DNA of 64,000 nucleotides from assembly GCA_963730185.1 (NCBI GenBank), contig CAVSQW010000008.1, positions 224,001 through 288,000 of the forward strand, given 5' to 3'. Made by a program: the position numbers and the translations under genes. This DNA comes from an uncultured Gemmatimonadales bacterium. Its GTDB lineage: Bacteria > Gemmatimonadota > Gemmatimonadetes > Gemmatimonadales > GWC2-71-9. Below the pieces are notes generated by a model. It did no database searches. It worked only from the letters and a program-made list of their open reading frames with translations, and was not told where the DNA came from. How positions within the stretch are numbered: the first letter of the stretch is position 1; every line of letters begins with the position of its first letter. Of this stretch, positions 37,074-46,369 are shown piece by piece.

Positions 37074-38290
37074 TGGGTCTGCTCGAGACGCTCCGGGTGG
37101 CCGTGGAGGCCATTCGGGCCGCCAAGCTCCGATCGCTGCTCACCATCCTCGGGGTAGTGATCGGCGTTGCGGCGGTGATCACGATGGTGGCTCTCGGCAC
37201 CGGGGCCCAGTCGGCCGTCAACGCGCAGCTGGAGTCGCTCGGCACCGACCTCCTGTCGATCTCGCCGGGCCAGTCGTACCGCCGGGGCGTGGCTACGGCC
37301 GAGCGGGTGAATCTCACCAGCGACGACGCCGCGGCGCTGGCCCGTGACGCCCACCGGCTGGCCGCGGTGGTCCCGACGCTCGATAGCCGGCTCCAGGTGA
37401 AGTACGAGAACGCCAACGTGAACGTCGACGTTGTGGCCACCGACCCCGCCTTTCTCGAGGTCCATCGCTTCGGGGTGGCGATCGGACGGAGCTTTCGGGG
37501 CGCGGACGACCAGGCGCGGCGGCGGGTCGCGGTTTTGGGGAGCCAGATTCCCGAAGAGTTGGACGTGAAGGATCCGGAGTCGCTGGTGGGCCGTCAGATC
37601 GCGATCCGGGGGATTCCCTTCGAAGTGGTCGGCGTCTTGGCGCCCAAGGGCGACCAGCCGGGGCGCGACGATCCCGACGAGACGGTCTACATCCCCTTCC
37701 GGACCGGTCAGTACCGGATCTTCGGAAGCGACCGCTTGAGCGGGATCACGGTCCAGCTGGCGGAGCCCGATTCGATGGAAGCGGCGCTGCTCGAGATCGA
37801 GCAGGTGCTCCGGAAGGAGCATCGGCTCCGGCCCGACCAGCCCGACGATTTCCGGATCCGGGACCGATCGGCCTTTCTGACCGCCCGGGCCGAGGCGAGC
37901 CAGACGATGACGTGGCTGCTGGGCGGGATCGCCGCGGTGAGCCTATTGGTGGGTGGAATCGGGATCATGAACATCATGCTGGTGTCGGTGACCGAGCGGA
38001 CCCGGGAGATCGGCGTCCGCAAGGCGCTCGGGGCGACCCGCCGTCAGGTCCTGCTCCAGTTCCTGGTCGAGGCGCTGACGCTCTGTCTGGCGGGCGGGCT
38101 CTGCGGGATTCTGGCCGGCATCGGAGCGGCGGCCTTCATCTCGAGCCTGAGCGGCTGGAACGCGGTCGTGTCACCGGCGGCCATCGCGCTCGCGGTGGCT
38201 TTCAGCGGCGTGGTCGGGCTCTTCTTCGGGGTCTGGCCGGCCCGGCGGGCGGCCCGACTGGACCCGATCGAGGCCCTGCGTTACGAATAG
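37073..38290 (+). CDS. MacB/FtsX-type ABC transporter permease without fused ATPase
   Basis: RSLLTILGVVIGVAAVI; VGGIGIMNIMLVSVTERTREIGVRKALGA; DPIEALRYE. Confidence 0.94.
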   Translation: MGLLETLRVAVEAIRAAKLRSLLTILGVVIGVAAVITMVALGTGAQSAVNAQLESLGTDLLSISPGQSYRRGVATAERVNLTSDDAAALARDAHRLAAVVPTLDSRLQVKYENANVNVDVVATDPAFLEVHRFGVAIGRSFRGADDQARRRVAVLGSQIPEELDVKDPESLVGRQIAIRGIPFEVVGVLAPKGDQPGRDDPDETVYIPFRTGQYRIFGSDRLSGITVQLAEPDSMEAALLEIEQVLRKEHRLRPDQPDDFRIRDRSAFLTARAEASQTMTWLLGGIAAVSLLVGGIGIMNIMLVSVTERTREIGVRKALGATRRQVLLQFLVEALTLCLAGGLCGILAGIGAAAFISSLSGWNAVVSPAAIALAVAFSGVVGLFFGVWPARRAARLDPIEALRYE

Positions 38291-38315
38291 AGCTTCTTCA
38301 GTCGGAGCCGGATCG

Positions 38316-39308
38316 ATGCGCGCAGCGTGGTACGATCGCAAGGGGCCGGCCCGCGAGGTCCTCGCCGTCGGCGAGCTCGAGCGGCCGGAGGCGGGCCCCG
38401 GACAGGTGCTGATCCGTCTCCACGCGTCGGCGGTCAATCCCTCCGACACCAAGCAGCGCGCTGGCGCGCGTGGCAACCTCGCCATGCCGTGGCCCCGGAT
38501 CGTGCCCCACCAGGATGGCGCGGGAGTGATCGAGGCGGTTGGCCCCGGCGTGTCCCACGCCCGGGTCGGGGAGCGGGTCTGGGTCTACGAGGCGCAGCGG
38601 GGGAGCCCTTTCGGCACCGCGGCGGAGTACACCGCGGTAGCGGCTCATCGAGCGGTGCCCCTGCCGGAGGGTGTGTCGTTCGCCGAAGGCGCCTGCCTCG
38701 GCGTCCCGGCGATGACGGCGCATCGCGCGGTGTTCGCGGACGGCCCGGTGCATGGTCAGACCATCCTGGTCACCGGTGGGGCGGGCGCGGTCGGTGCCTA
38801 CGCGGTCCAGTTCGCGCGGTGGGGCGGCGCGGCCTCGGTCCTCGCGACCGTGAGCCGGCCCGAGCAAGAGATCGTGGCGCGCGCCTCGGGCGCGGACGAG
38901 GTCATCAACTACCGCACCGAGAACGTCGTCGAGCGGGTCAACGCCCTCACCGCCGGAACCGGGGTGAACCGGGTGGTCGAGGTGGCGTTCGGCCGGAACC
39001 TGGAGACTTCGCTGTCGGTGCTCCGGCCCACCGGCGTGATCGCGACCTATTCCTCGGACGCGGTGCCGGAGCCGGTCCTGCCATACTGGCGGCTGGTGAT
39101 GAAGGATCTGACCGTGCGGTTCGTCCTGGTCTACGAGATGTCGCGGGAGGCGCACGACGCGGCCGCGACGGACATCACCGCCTGCCTGGCCAAGGGCGTG
39201 CTCCGCCACCAGATCGGCGTCCGGGGGCCGCTCGACGACATCGCTCGCCTGCACGAGGCCCAGGAATCGGGCTCGCTGGTCGGCAAGGCGGTCGTCGAGA
39301 TCGGCTGA
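38316..39308 (+). CDS. NADPH:quinone reductase (zeta-crystallin/MDR family)
   Basis: VNPSD, PHQDGAG, GTAAEY, TGGAGAVG. Confidence 0.9.
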   Translation: MRAAWYDRKGPAREVLAVGELERPEAGPGQVLIRLHASAVNPSDTKQRAGARGNLAMPWPRIVPHQDGAGVIEAVGPGVSHARVGERVWVYEAQRGSPFGTAAEYTAVAAHRAVPLPEGVSFAEGACLGVPAMTAHRAVFADGPVHGQTILVTGGAGAVGAYAVQFARWGGAASVLATVSRPEQEIVARASGADEVINYRTENVVERVNALTAGTGVNRVVEVAFGRNLETSLSVLRPTGVIATYSSDAVPEPVLPYWRLVMKDLTVRFVLVYEMSREAHDAAATDITACLAKGVLRHQIGVRGPLDDIARLHEAQESGSLVGKAVVEIG

Positions 39309-39330
39309 CCCGGATCCGATCGGCGGGTGG

Positions 39331-39729
39331 CTAGGGTTTGATCGCGCCTCGACTCACCGCCCACACGTAGGTCGCGACGTCCTTCAGCTCGGCCTCGTTG
39401 ATGTTGCCCGGATGGGAGACCATGGCCGTACCGGGCACGCCCGTCTGGATGATCTTCATGATCGCCTCGAGCGTGCCGTCCCCGTTCTTCCACTTGTGGG
39501 GCCGGAGGGTGGGCGCGATGCCTCCCTCCATATGCTGGCCGTGGCAGGCGAAGCAGGTGCCCTCGCCATGGAAGATCTGGCGACCATGGTCGATCGGCTT
39601 CTTGAGCGCGGCGACGCTGTCCGCCAGGGCCGGGGTGACGGTTGGCTGCTGAGCCTCGGCCGGCGGGGCGAACCCGAGGGCCGCCGTCGCGACGATCGCG
39701 GCGGCGAGCCTGAGATGAGTGCTTGGCAT
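39331..39729 (-). CDS. Periplasmic monohaem c-type cytochrome
   Basis: Signal peptide AEA-Q; CFACH; distal Met in GVPGTAM. Confidence 0.9.
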   Translation of the reverse strand: MPSTHLRLAAAIVATAALGFAPPAEAQQPTVTPALADSVAALKKPIDHGRQIFHGEGTCFACHGQHMEGGIAPTLRPHKWKNGDGTLEAIMKIIQTGVPGTAMVSHPGNINEAELKDVATYVWAVSRGAIKP

Positions 39730-39731
39730 GG

Positions 39732-41111
39732 TCAGAACATCAGCCAGGCGAGGAGGTACAGGGTGTCGTTGTCCCCGGCGCTCCGGCCGGCGCCGTCGTA
39801 ATTGGTTTTCGCGCCGTTGAAGGCAAGGTACTTCACGTACTGCAGCGAAAACCGGGTGTTGAGCCACGGCAGGAACGACACCTCGCCGAGGAGGCCGTCA
39901 CTGTTCGGCTTACCGGCGGCGTAACCGTCCACCTCACCGGGGGCATAGGCCGTCGAGTCGACCCCGCCTCTGGTGCGGAAGTACCCCAGGGTCAGGCCCA
40001 TTCGCCGCGCGTTGTAGGCGGACGCGTCGAAGCGGACGACGCTCAGATGGTTGTCCTGATGGTCGACGGCGCCGGCCGCCAACGAGGCCGGCAAGTGCCG
40101 CGATTCGTGAACGTAGATCGCGTGGGCGCTCAGATTCCCGGTCCCGAGGGGACGCTCGTACTGGCTGTCGAAGCCCAGGTCCGTGTAGCGGTCTCGGAGC
40201 CCGGAGATCCCGTCAGGGTAGAGCGATGCGTTCATCCCGAGGAAGCCCACCATCGCGGTGCCCTGGCCGAGCGGGGTCTCGTAGAACAGGCGCCAGTACG
40301 GCGTCACGCCGTTGATGGCGTTGGCGGCGGAACCATCGGGTGGCTGCGGGCCGCCCTGGAACGCCGACCGGTAGAGGGTCAACTCGCCATAGAGGTGGTT
40401 GTCGAACAGGGCGTAGGCTCCGAGGCCGGCGACCTGCTGTTCCAGGCCGCCGTCGAGCAGCGTCCCGGCGCCCGGCGCCGGCGCGACCGACGAGGAGGCG
40501 TAGGGGTAGCCCCAGGCCGGCACCGAGTTCCAGACATCGCCAACCGTGGGATTGTTGTTGAGGGTGAATCCCACGGTGGCGACCCGGCTGCCGAGATGGA
40601 GGTGGCTGGCGAACCGGATGTCGGCGTTATCCATCCCGATCGATCCGGCTTCCGGGTCGTAGGTGAGCTGCAGGAAGGTGCCGATCTTCGGGGTGATGGC
40701 CTCGCCGAAGAAGAGGCTGAGCTCCTGGGGCAGCTGCACCGTCGAGTTCTGCGCGCCGGGCACGGCGGTCCGCACGTTGGTCATCGACGTCTGTAGCATG
40801 GCCGAGACCGGAGGCACGAGATCCAGTTTCAAGCTGGTCTTGGCGCTGTCTCCCGCGCGAATCACCTGCAGGCCGGTAAGGGTGTACCCGTTGAGCTTGA
40901 ACATCCGCCCAAACGGCGTGAGCTGGGGGAAGGTCGTGTGACAGGCGTTACAGGCCAGGCCGGTTTGGCGGGAGAAGCTGGGGATCATGGCGTGGGCCGC
41001 CGCGGCCCGACCGTAGTCGGCGATGTATCGGTTCGTGGCCGTCGTGAGTGGGTCGCCGGTGGAGGGGCTCGACAGCACCCCCAGGCTTAACAGCAGCGAA
41101 ATGGATGTCAT
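39732..41111 (-). CDS. cyc2: Cyc2-like cytochrome c-porin fusion (outer-membrane beta-barrel with N-terminal haem c)
   Basis: PSFSRQTGLACNACHTTFPQLTPFGRMFKLNGY; alternating beta-strand pattern over about 380 aa; terminal beta-signal LYLLAWLMF; AGGAGG RBS. Confidence 0.8.
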   Translation of the reverse strand: MTSISLLLSLGVLSSPSTGDPLTTATNRYIADYGRAAAAHAMIPSFSRQTGLACNACHTTFPQLTPFGRMFKLNGYTLTGLQVIRAGDSAKTSLKLDLVPPVSAMLQTSMTNVRTAVPGAQNSTVQLPQELSLFFGEAITPKIGTFLQLTYDPEAGSIGMDNADIRFASHLHLGSRVATVGFTLNNNPTVGDVWNSVPAWGYPYASSSVAPAPGAGTLLDGGLEQQVAGLGAYALFDNHLYGELTLYRSAFQGGPQPPDGSAANAINGVTPYWRLFYETPLGQGTAMVGFLGMNASLYPDGISGLRDRYTDLGFDSQYERPLGTGNLSAHAIYVHESRHLPASLAAGAVDHQDNHLSVVRFDASAYNARRMGLTLGYFRTRGGVDSTAYAPGEVDGYAAGKPNSDGLLGEVSFLPWLNTRFSLQYVKYLAFNGAKTNYDGAGRSAGDNDTLYLLAWLMF

Positions 41112-41254
41112 GGAGCCTCCTGACGAGGTGGCTCCGTCTCGAGGGGCGAAATTCGCTCCGAAGAACGGAGAAAGTGAGTCGAGCCTATGCATTCCTTCGT
41201 GAAGCAATGCTGAAGGACCGATGAGCACGACGATAGACGGTCGCGCACGCCTGT

Positions 41255-43060
41255 TCAGGGGGGCGTCGTGACCTGGGGAAAAGCGCGCGCGGCGTAGCGG
41301 ACGGCTCCCCCTCCGATGGTCGCCTGGACCTGGATTTCCGGGAGGGCGGTTCGGGGCACGGTGAAGGGGTCGGCGGACAGCACGACCAGGTTCGCGGGAG
41401 CCCCGGCTCGGATGGTGGGGTCGACCGGGGCTCCGTCCGGCGGGAAGTAGGTGGCGTTCATGCTCCAGGCCAGGCGTCGCGCCTCGGAGTCGGGGCGGCG
41501 CTCGCCGACGGTGCCCTTGAGGGTGAGGGTGGCCAGGAAGCCGGCCAGCGGGCCGCCCGGCCGGGTGAAGTAGTCCGATCCCTCGGCCAACGGGGCGCCC
41601 ATTCGATGGAGTCGGTCCCAGGCGTACACGCGGTCGTCGTTGGCGGCCCCGACCCGCATCGCTCCGAAGGTGGGATGGTCGGTCGGCGCGGAATTGAAGT
41701 TCGACTGGATCGAGAGCACGATCCCCAGCTTGACCGCGCGGGCGAAGTCGGGTTCGCGGGCGTAGGAGAAGTGCTCGATCCGGAGCCGCCGGGGATTGAG
41801 TCCGGGGTGGTCGGCGAGCACCCGCTGGTAGGCGTCGAGCGTCCGCTTCACCGCCTCGTCGCCGATGGCGTGGGTGGCGACTCCCAGTCCGGCGTCGAGG
41901 GCCCGCCGGGTCAGGTCGGCGATCTCGTCCGCCGTCATTCGGGGCACTCCGCTCGTGCCCGGATCGTCGGCGTACGGGTGGGTCAGCGCCGCGCCCCGGC
42001 TGCCGAGGGCACCGTCGGCGAAGAGCTTGAGGTGGGTGATCCGGATCCGCGGTGAGATGACCCGCCGGGCCGGCGGCCAGGCCAGCACCGAGTCGGCCAG
42101 CGCACTCGGGGCCGGGATCATCAGATTGATCTCGAGTGGCAGGGGGGCGGCGGAGTCCGCCCGCCGGAGCAGCGCCAGGTAGTGGAGCAAGTCGGCGTCG
42201 AGCGCGACGATCCCGGGTGGCGGGAGCACGCCGGCGTCGTACACCGTGACCACCCCACGAGCCGCCAGCGCCGCGGCGGCCAGTTGGAAGGCGTGGATCA
42301 CGTCGCTGTCGGCCGGCGGAGGGACCAGCGCGACCATGGGCTCGTTGGCCCGCTCGAGCAACACGCCGAGCGGGGTACCGTCCTGCCTTCGGGGGATGGT
42401 GCCGCCGGGCGGGTCGGGCGCCGCGGCCCACAGGCCGGCCCGCTCCAGCGCGGCGCGATTGGCCCAGCCGGCGTGGCCGTCGATCCGGGCGAGGTACACC
42501 GGGGTCGTGGGGGCGGCTCGGTTCAGCACGTCGTTGCCCGGGAGGCTCTGGGTTCCCCAGGCGGCCTGGCTCCATCCCGCGCCGAGCACCCAGCCGCCCG
42601 CCGGCACCGAATCCGCCCGGGCCTGTACCATCCGGAGCACCTCGTCGAGCGAGGTGACGCCGGTCAGGTCGAGGAGGAGCCGGCCGTGGCTCTCGTCGTT
42701 GAGCAGGGTGTAGCCCACGTCGAACAGATGGACGTGATGGTCGACGAACGCCGGCGCCACCGTGGCGCCGTGGAGGTCCAGCATCCGAGTGCCGTTCCCC
42801 TCCCACCTCGCGACCAGTGTGCTGTCGCCCACCGCGGCGATCCGGCCGTTCCGAATGGCGATGGTCGTGGCGGCCGACGCGGTCGAATCGAGGGTGACGA
42901 CGTGACCGCCGACCAGCAGGAGGTCGGCCGCAGGCCCGCCACAGCCCCCGGCGAGCACGGCGGCGACCAGCACCACCGTTCCTCGCGGACGGCCCCGGCG
43001 CGTTAGCTTCGAGCGGGCCCGTTGCCGCGGTGCCCCTGCTCTCGATCGAGGAGTTCTCAT
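41255..43060 (-). CDS. Amidohydrolase_3 (YtcJ-like) lipoprotein
   Basis: Lipobox AGG-C; FVDHHVH, DGHA, KLFADGALGSRGA, HAIGD, RIEH, GSD; start uncertain. Confidence 0.88.
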   Translation of the reverse strand: MRTPRSRAGAPRQRARSKLTRRGRPRGTVVLVAAVLAGGCGGPAADLLLVGGHVVTLDSTASAATTIAIRNGRIAAVGDSTLVARWEGNGTRMLDLHGATVAPAFVDHHVHLFDVGYTLLNDESHGRLLLDLTGVTSLDEVLRMVQARADSVPAGGWVLGAGWSQAAWGTQSLPGNDVLNRAAPTTPVYLARIDGHAGWANRAALERAGLWAAAPDPPGGTIPRRQDGTPLGVLLERANEPMVALVPPPADSDVIHAFQLAAAALAARGVVTVYDAGVLPPPGIVALDADLLHYLALLRRADSAAPLPLEINLMIPAPSALADSVLAWPPARRVISPRIRITHLKLFADGALGSRGAALTHPYADDPGTSGVPRMTADEIADLTRRALDAGLGVATHAIGDEAVKRTLDAYQRVLADHPGLNPRRLRIEHFSYAREPDFARAVKLGIVLSIQSNFNSAPTDHPTFGAMRVGAANDDRVYAWDRLHRMGAPLAEGSDYFTRPGGPLAGFLATLTLKGTVGERRPDSEARRLAWSMNATYFPPDGAPVDPTIRAGAPANLVVLSADPFTVPRTALPEIQVQATIGGGAVRYAARAFPQVTTPP

Positions 43061-43097
43061 GTCAGCCGGAGTCTGCCGGTCCGGAACGGGTTCCGCA

Positions 43098-45209
43098 ATG
43101 GGGTGGGTGAGGATCCTGGCCGCGGTGCTCGCCGCCGCGGCCGGCAGTGCCGGGCCGGCCGCCGCGCAGCGGCCGGAGCCGGTGGGAGGGTTCTCCGCCG
43201 CGGCCGCGGCCCGCGAGCTCGGGGTCGAGGCCCAGCTGGCCGGCATGCTCGACGCCGACTCCACCGGAGTGGCGTTTCGTTATCTGACCGCCGAGCCGCA
43301 TCCGGCCGGGTCGGTCCGGAACCAGGCGCTGGCCGACTGGATGGCCGACCGCTTCCGGGCCTACGGCTGGGACGAGGTCCGGCTCCATCGCTACGACGTC
43401 TACCTCCCGTGGCCCGAGCATGTCCGAGTGACGATGACCGCCCCCACGCAGTTCGAGGCGACCCTGCGGGAGGACGGCTACGCCGCGGACCCCGACTCGT
43501 GGGCGCCGGTGGGCCCCACCTACCTCGGGATGTCGGCCTCCGGTGACGTCACCGGCCAACTGGTTTACGCCAACAGCGGTAACCCGGCCGACTACGACTG
43601 GCTCCAGGCTCGGGGCATCGACCTCCAGGGCAAGATCGCGATCGTCCGCTATTCGAACCCGTACAGCTACCGTGGTTTCAAGGCGTTGACCGCCCAGCGG
43701 TACGGCCTCAAGGCGGTGTTGATCTACTCCGATCCGGCGGAGGACGGGTACCGCCAGGGGCTGACCTTCCCGGACGGGCCGTGGGGTCCGGCCAGCCACA
43801 TCCAGCGGGGTTCGATCACCTATGACTTCCTGGCGGCCGGTGATCCGCTGACCCCCGGGTGGGCGTCGGTCGAGGGCGCCCGCCGGATCGCGCCGAGCGA
43901 GGCGCTGTCCGTCCCGTCGGTGATCGCGGTGCCACTCTCCGCCCGCGACGCCACGCCGATGCTCGAGGCGCTCGGCGGCCCGGTCGCCCCACCGGCCTGG
44001 CAGGGCGCCTTGCCGTTCACCTATCGCGTCGGACCCGGCGCGACGACGGTCCACGTCGACGTCAAGATGGACGACAGCACCCGGTCGATCTGGGTGGTCG
44101 AGGCGCGGCTCCGTGGGACGGAGCACCCGGACGAGCTGGTGGTGCTCGGGAACCACCGCGATGCCTGGGTGTACGGCGCCGTCGACCCGAGCAGCGGTAC
44201 CGCGACCGAGCTCGAGCTGGCCCGCACACTCGGCCGGCTGGCCCGGGATGGCCATCGCCCCCGGCGCACGATCGTGCTCGGAAGCTGGGACGCCGAGGAG
44301 TGGCACCTGACCGGCTCGACCGAGTGGGGCGAGGAGCTCGCGCCCGAGCTCGACCGCCAGGCCGTGGCTTACCTGAACGTCGACGGGTCGACCAGCGGGT
44401 CGGCCTTCCTGGCCAGCGCGGTCGCCAGCCTGAATCCGTTGATTCGGGAGGTGACCCGAGACGTGATCGACCCCAACTCACGGAAGAGCCTGCTCGAGGC
44501 GTGGCGGACGAGCGCGGGTGCGACCAACGATTCATCGCTGGTCGCCAACCGGTTGGGGAGCGGCTCCGACTACACGGTCTTTCTCAACCGGCTTGGCATC
44601 CCGGTCGCCGACCTGGCGTTCGACGGTCCCTACGGCGTCTACCACTCCGTCTACGACGACTACTACTGGATGACCCATTTCGGCGATCCCGGGTTCCGCT
44701 ACATGACGGCGATGGCGGAGGTGTGGGGTCGGATGGCGCTCCGGTTGGCCAACGCCGAGATCCTGCCCTACGACTATTCGGGGTACGCGGTCCGGGTGGG
44801 GCGATTCGTCGACCAACTCGCGGCGCTCCCCGAGGTGACGTCGCACCTCGACCTGGCCCCGGCCCGGGCCGGGTTGGCCCGATGGCGAGCGGCCGCGGCC
44901 CGCGCCGACGCGCTCAGGAACCGGCTCCTGTCGTCCTCGACGCCCGATCCGGTCCGGGTCGGCCGGATGAACGACGCCCTCCGGGTGGTGGAGCGGCAAT
45001 GGCTCCTGCCCGACGGTCTGCCGGGCCGGCCGTGGTTCCGGCACGCGCTCTACGCCCCCCGGCCGACGTACGCGGCGATGGAGCTGCCGGGCGTCCGGGA
45101 GGCGGTCGAGGCGGGCGATTGGGCCCGCGCGGGGCGCGAGCTCGCGGCCCTCACGGCTCGGATCGAGGCGGTCGCGGAGGCGGTCGACGCGGCGGTGGAG
45201 TCGCGATGA
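43098..45209 (+). CDS. M28 peptidase, glutamate carboxypeptidase II-like (PA + transferrin-receptor dimerisation domains)
   Basis: GNHRDAW, GAVDPSSG, SWDAEE, YLNVD, GSGSDY, YHSVYD, GLPGRPWFRH. Confidence 0.93.
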   Translation: MGWVRILAAVLAAAAGSAGPAAAQRPEPVGGFSAAAAARELGVEAQLAGMLDADSTGVAFRYLTAEPHPAGSVRNQALADWMADRFRAYGWDEVRLHRYDVYLPWPEHVRVTMTAPTQFEATLREDGYAADPDSWAPVGPTYLGMSASGDVTGQLVYANSGNPADYDWLQARGIDLQGKIAIVRYSNPYSYRGFKALTAQRYGLKAVLIYSDPAEDGYRQGLTFPDGPWGPASHIQRGSITYDFLAAGDPLTPGWASVEGARRIAPSEALSVPSVIAVPLSARDATPMLEALGGPVAPPAWQGALPFTYRVGPGATTVHVDVKMDDSTRSIWVVEARLRGTEHPDELVVLGNHRDAWVYGAVDPSSGTATELELARTLGRLARDGHRPRRTIVLGSWDAEEWHLTGSTEWGEELAPELDRQAVAYLNVDGSTSGSAFLASAVASLNPLIREVTRDVIDPNSRKSLLEAWRTSAGATNDSSLVANRLGSGSDYTVFLNRLGIPVADLAFDGPYGVYHSVYDDYYWMTHFGDPGFRYMTAMAEVWGRMALRLANAEILPYDYSGYAVRVGRFVDQLAALPEVTSHLDLAPARAGLARWRAAAARADALRNRLLSSSTPDPVRVGRMNDALRVVERQWLLPDGLPGRPWFRHALYAPRPTYAAMELPGVREAVEAGDWARAGRELAALTARIEAVAEAVDAAVESR

Positions 45210-45327
45210 GCGACTAAGCGAGGTTTCGTCCGACCTTCACGGGCGCGTCACGGCCTCCCCGCCATGTTGGTCCCATGGGTGGGCCGGCCGCGCAGGGGCG
45301 CGGGGCATTTGCCCGGTTGGAGGCTCC

Positions 45328-46365
45328 ATGCGAAATCCGGTTCTGTTGGTCGTCGGCGTCGCGGCGCTGGTCGGGTGCTCCCCGGCGCCGAAGCCCACCT
45401 CCGCATCGTCATCACTCCTTCCCGCCCTGACCGATCAGGTGAGCCCTGCGTCGTTGGCGGCGTTCGCCCCGCTTCCGGCCTCGATGCCGTCGGCGGACAA
45501 TCCGGTCACCGCCGCCAAGGTGGATCTCGGCCGGCGGCTCTACTACGAAACCCTCCTCTCCCGAAGCCACGACGTCTCCTGCAACTCGTGTCACGGGCTC
45601 AACGCGTACGGAGCGGATGGCCGGCGGTTCAGCTTGGGCGACGAAGGGCAGCCCGGGGGCCGGAACGCCCCGAGCGTGTACAATGCGGCCGGGCACGTGG
45701 CCCAGTTCTGGGACGGCCGGGCGGCGACGGTCGAGGAGCAGGCCAAGGGGCCGATCCTCAATCCGGCGGAGATGGGGATGCCAGCCCCGGAAGCGGTCCT
45801 CGAGCATCTCCGGGCCGACCCGTCATACGTCGCGATGTTCCGGAGGGCGTTCCCGGGCGCGGCTAACCCGGTGACCTACGACAACCTGGGCCGGGCGATC
45901 GGCGCGTTCGAGCGGGGGCTGGTGACCCCGTCGCGCTTCGATCGGTTCCTCGCGGGAGACCGGTCCGCGCTCACCGCCGAGGAGCGGATCGGGCTCAATA
46001 CCTTCGTCGCCGCGGGATGCGTGGGGTGCCACAACGGGGCCTTCGTGGGCGGACAGATCTACAACCGGCTGGGCGTGGTCGAGCCGTGGCCGAACCAGGC
46101 CGACCAGGGCCGGGCGGCCGTGACCAAGCGGGCCGCCGACGCCATGGTGTTCAAGGTGGCGTCGCTCCGGAACGTGGCGATGACGGCGCCCTACTTCCAC
46201 GACGGGTCGGTCAGCGATCTGAACGAGGCGGTGCGGCTGATGGGCAAGTACCAGCTGGGGCGCGAGCTCACCGGGCCGGAGATCACCGCGATCGTGGCCT
46301 ACCTCAAGAGCCTGACCGGGGTGATCCCGACCGAGTACATCGCCTACCCGGCGCGACCCAACTGA
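45328..46365 (+). CDS. Di-haem cytochrome c peroxidase (lipoprotein)
   Basis: Lipobox LVG-C; CNSCH; RNAPSV; QFWDGRA; NPAEM; CVGCH; PYFHDG. Confidence 0.93.
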   Translation: MRNPVLLVVGVAALVGCSPAPKPTSASSSLLPALTDQVSPASLAAFAPLPASMPSADNPVTAAKVDLGRRLYYETLLSRSHDVSCNSCHGLNAYGADGRRFSLGDEGQPGGRNAPSVYNAAGHVAQFWDGRAATVEEQAKGPILNPAEMGMPAPEAVLEHLRADPSYVAMFRRAFPGAANPVTYDNLGRAIGAFERGLVTPSRFDRFLAGDRSALTAEERIGLNTFVAAGCVGCHNGAFVGGQIYNRLGVVEPWPNQADQGRAAVTKRAADAMVFKVASLRNVAMTAPYFHDGSVSDLNEAVRLMGKYQLGRELTGPEITAIVAYLKSLTGVIPTEYIAYPARPN

Positions 46366-46369
46366 GCGG

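Noticed and set aside
39732..42806. Apparent 1024-aa protein, and the similar 5' extensions of 33966-36665 and 29312-31819
   Set aside because: The N-terminal parts are off-frame read-through over other genes; real starts with an RBS or signal peptide are at 41111, 35525 and 30410
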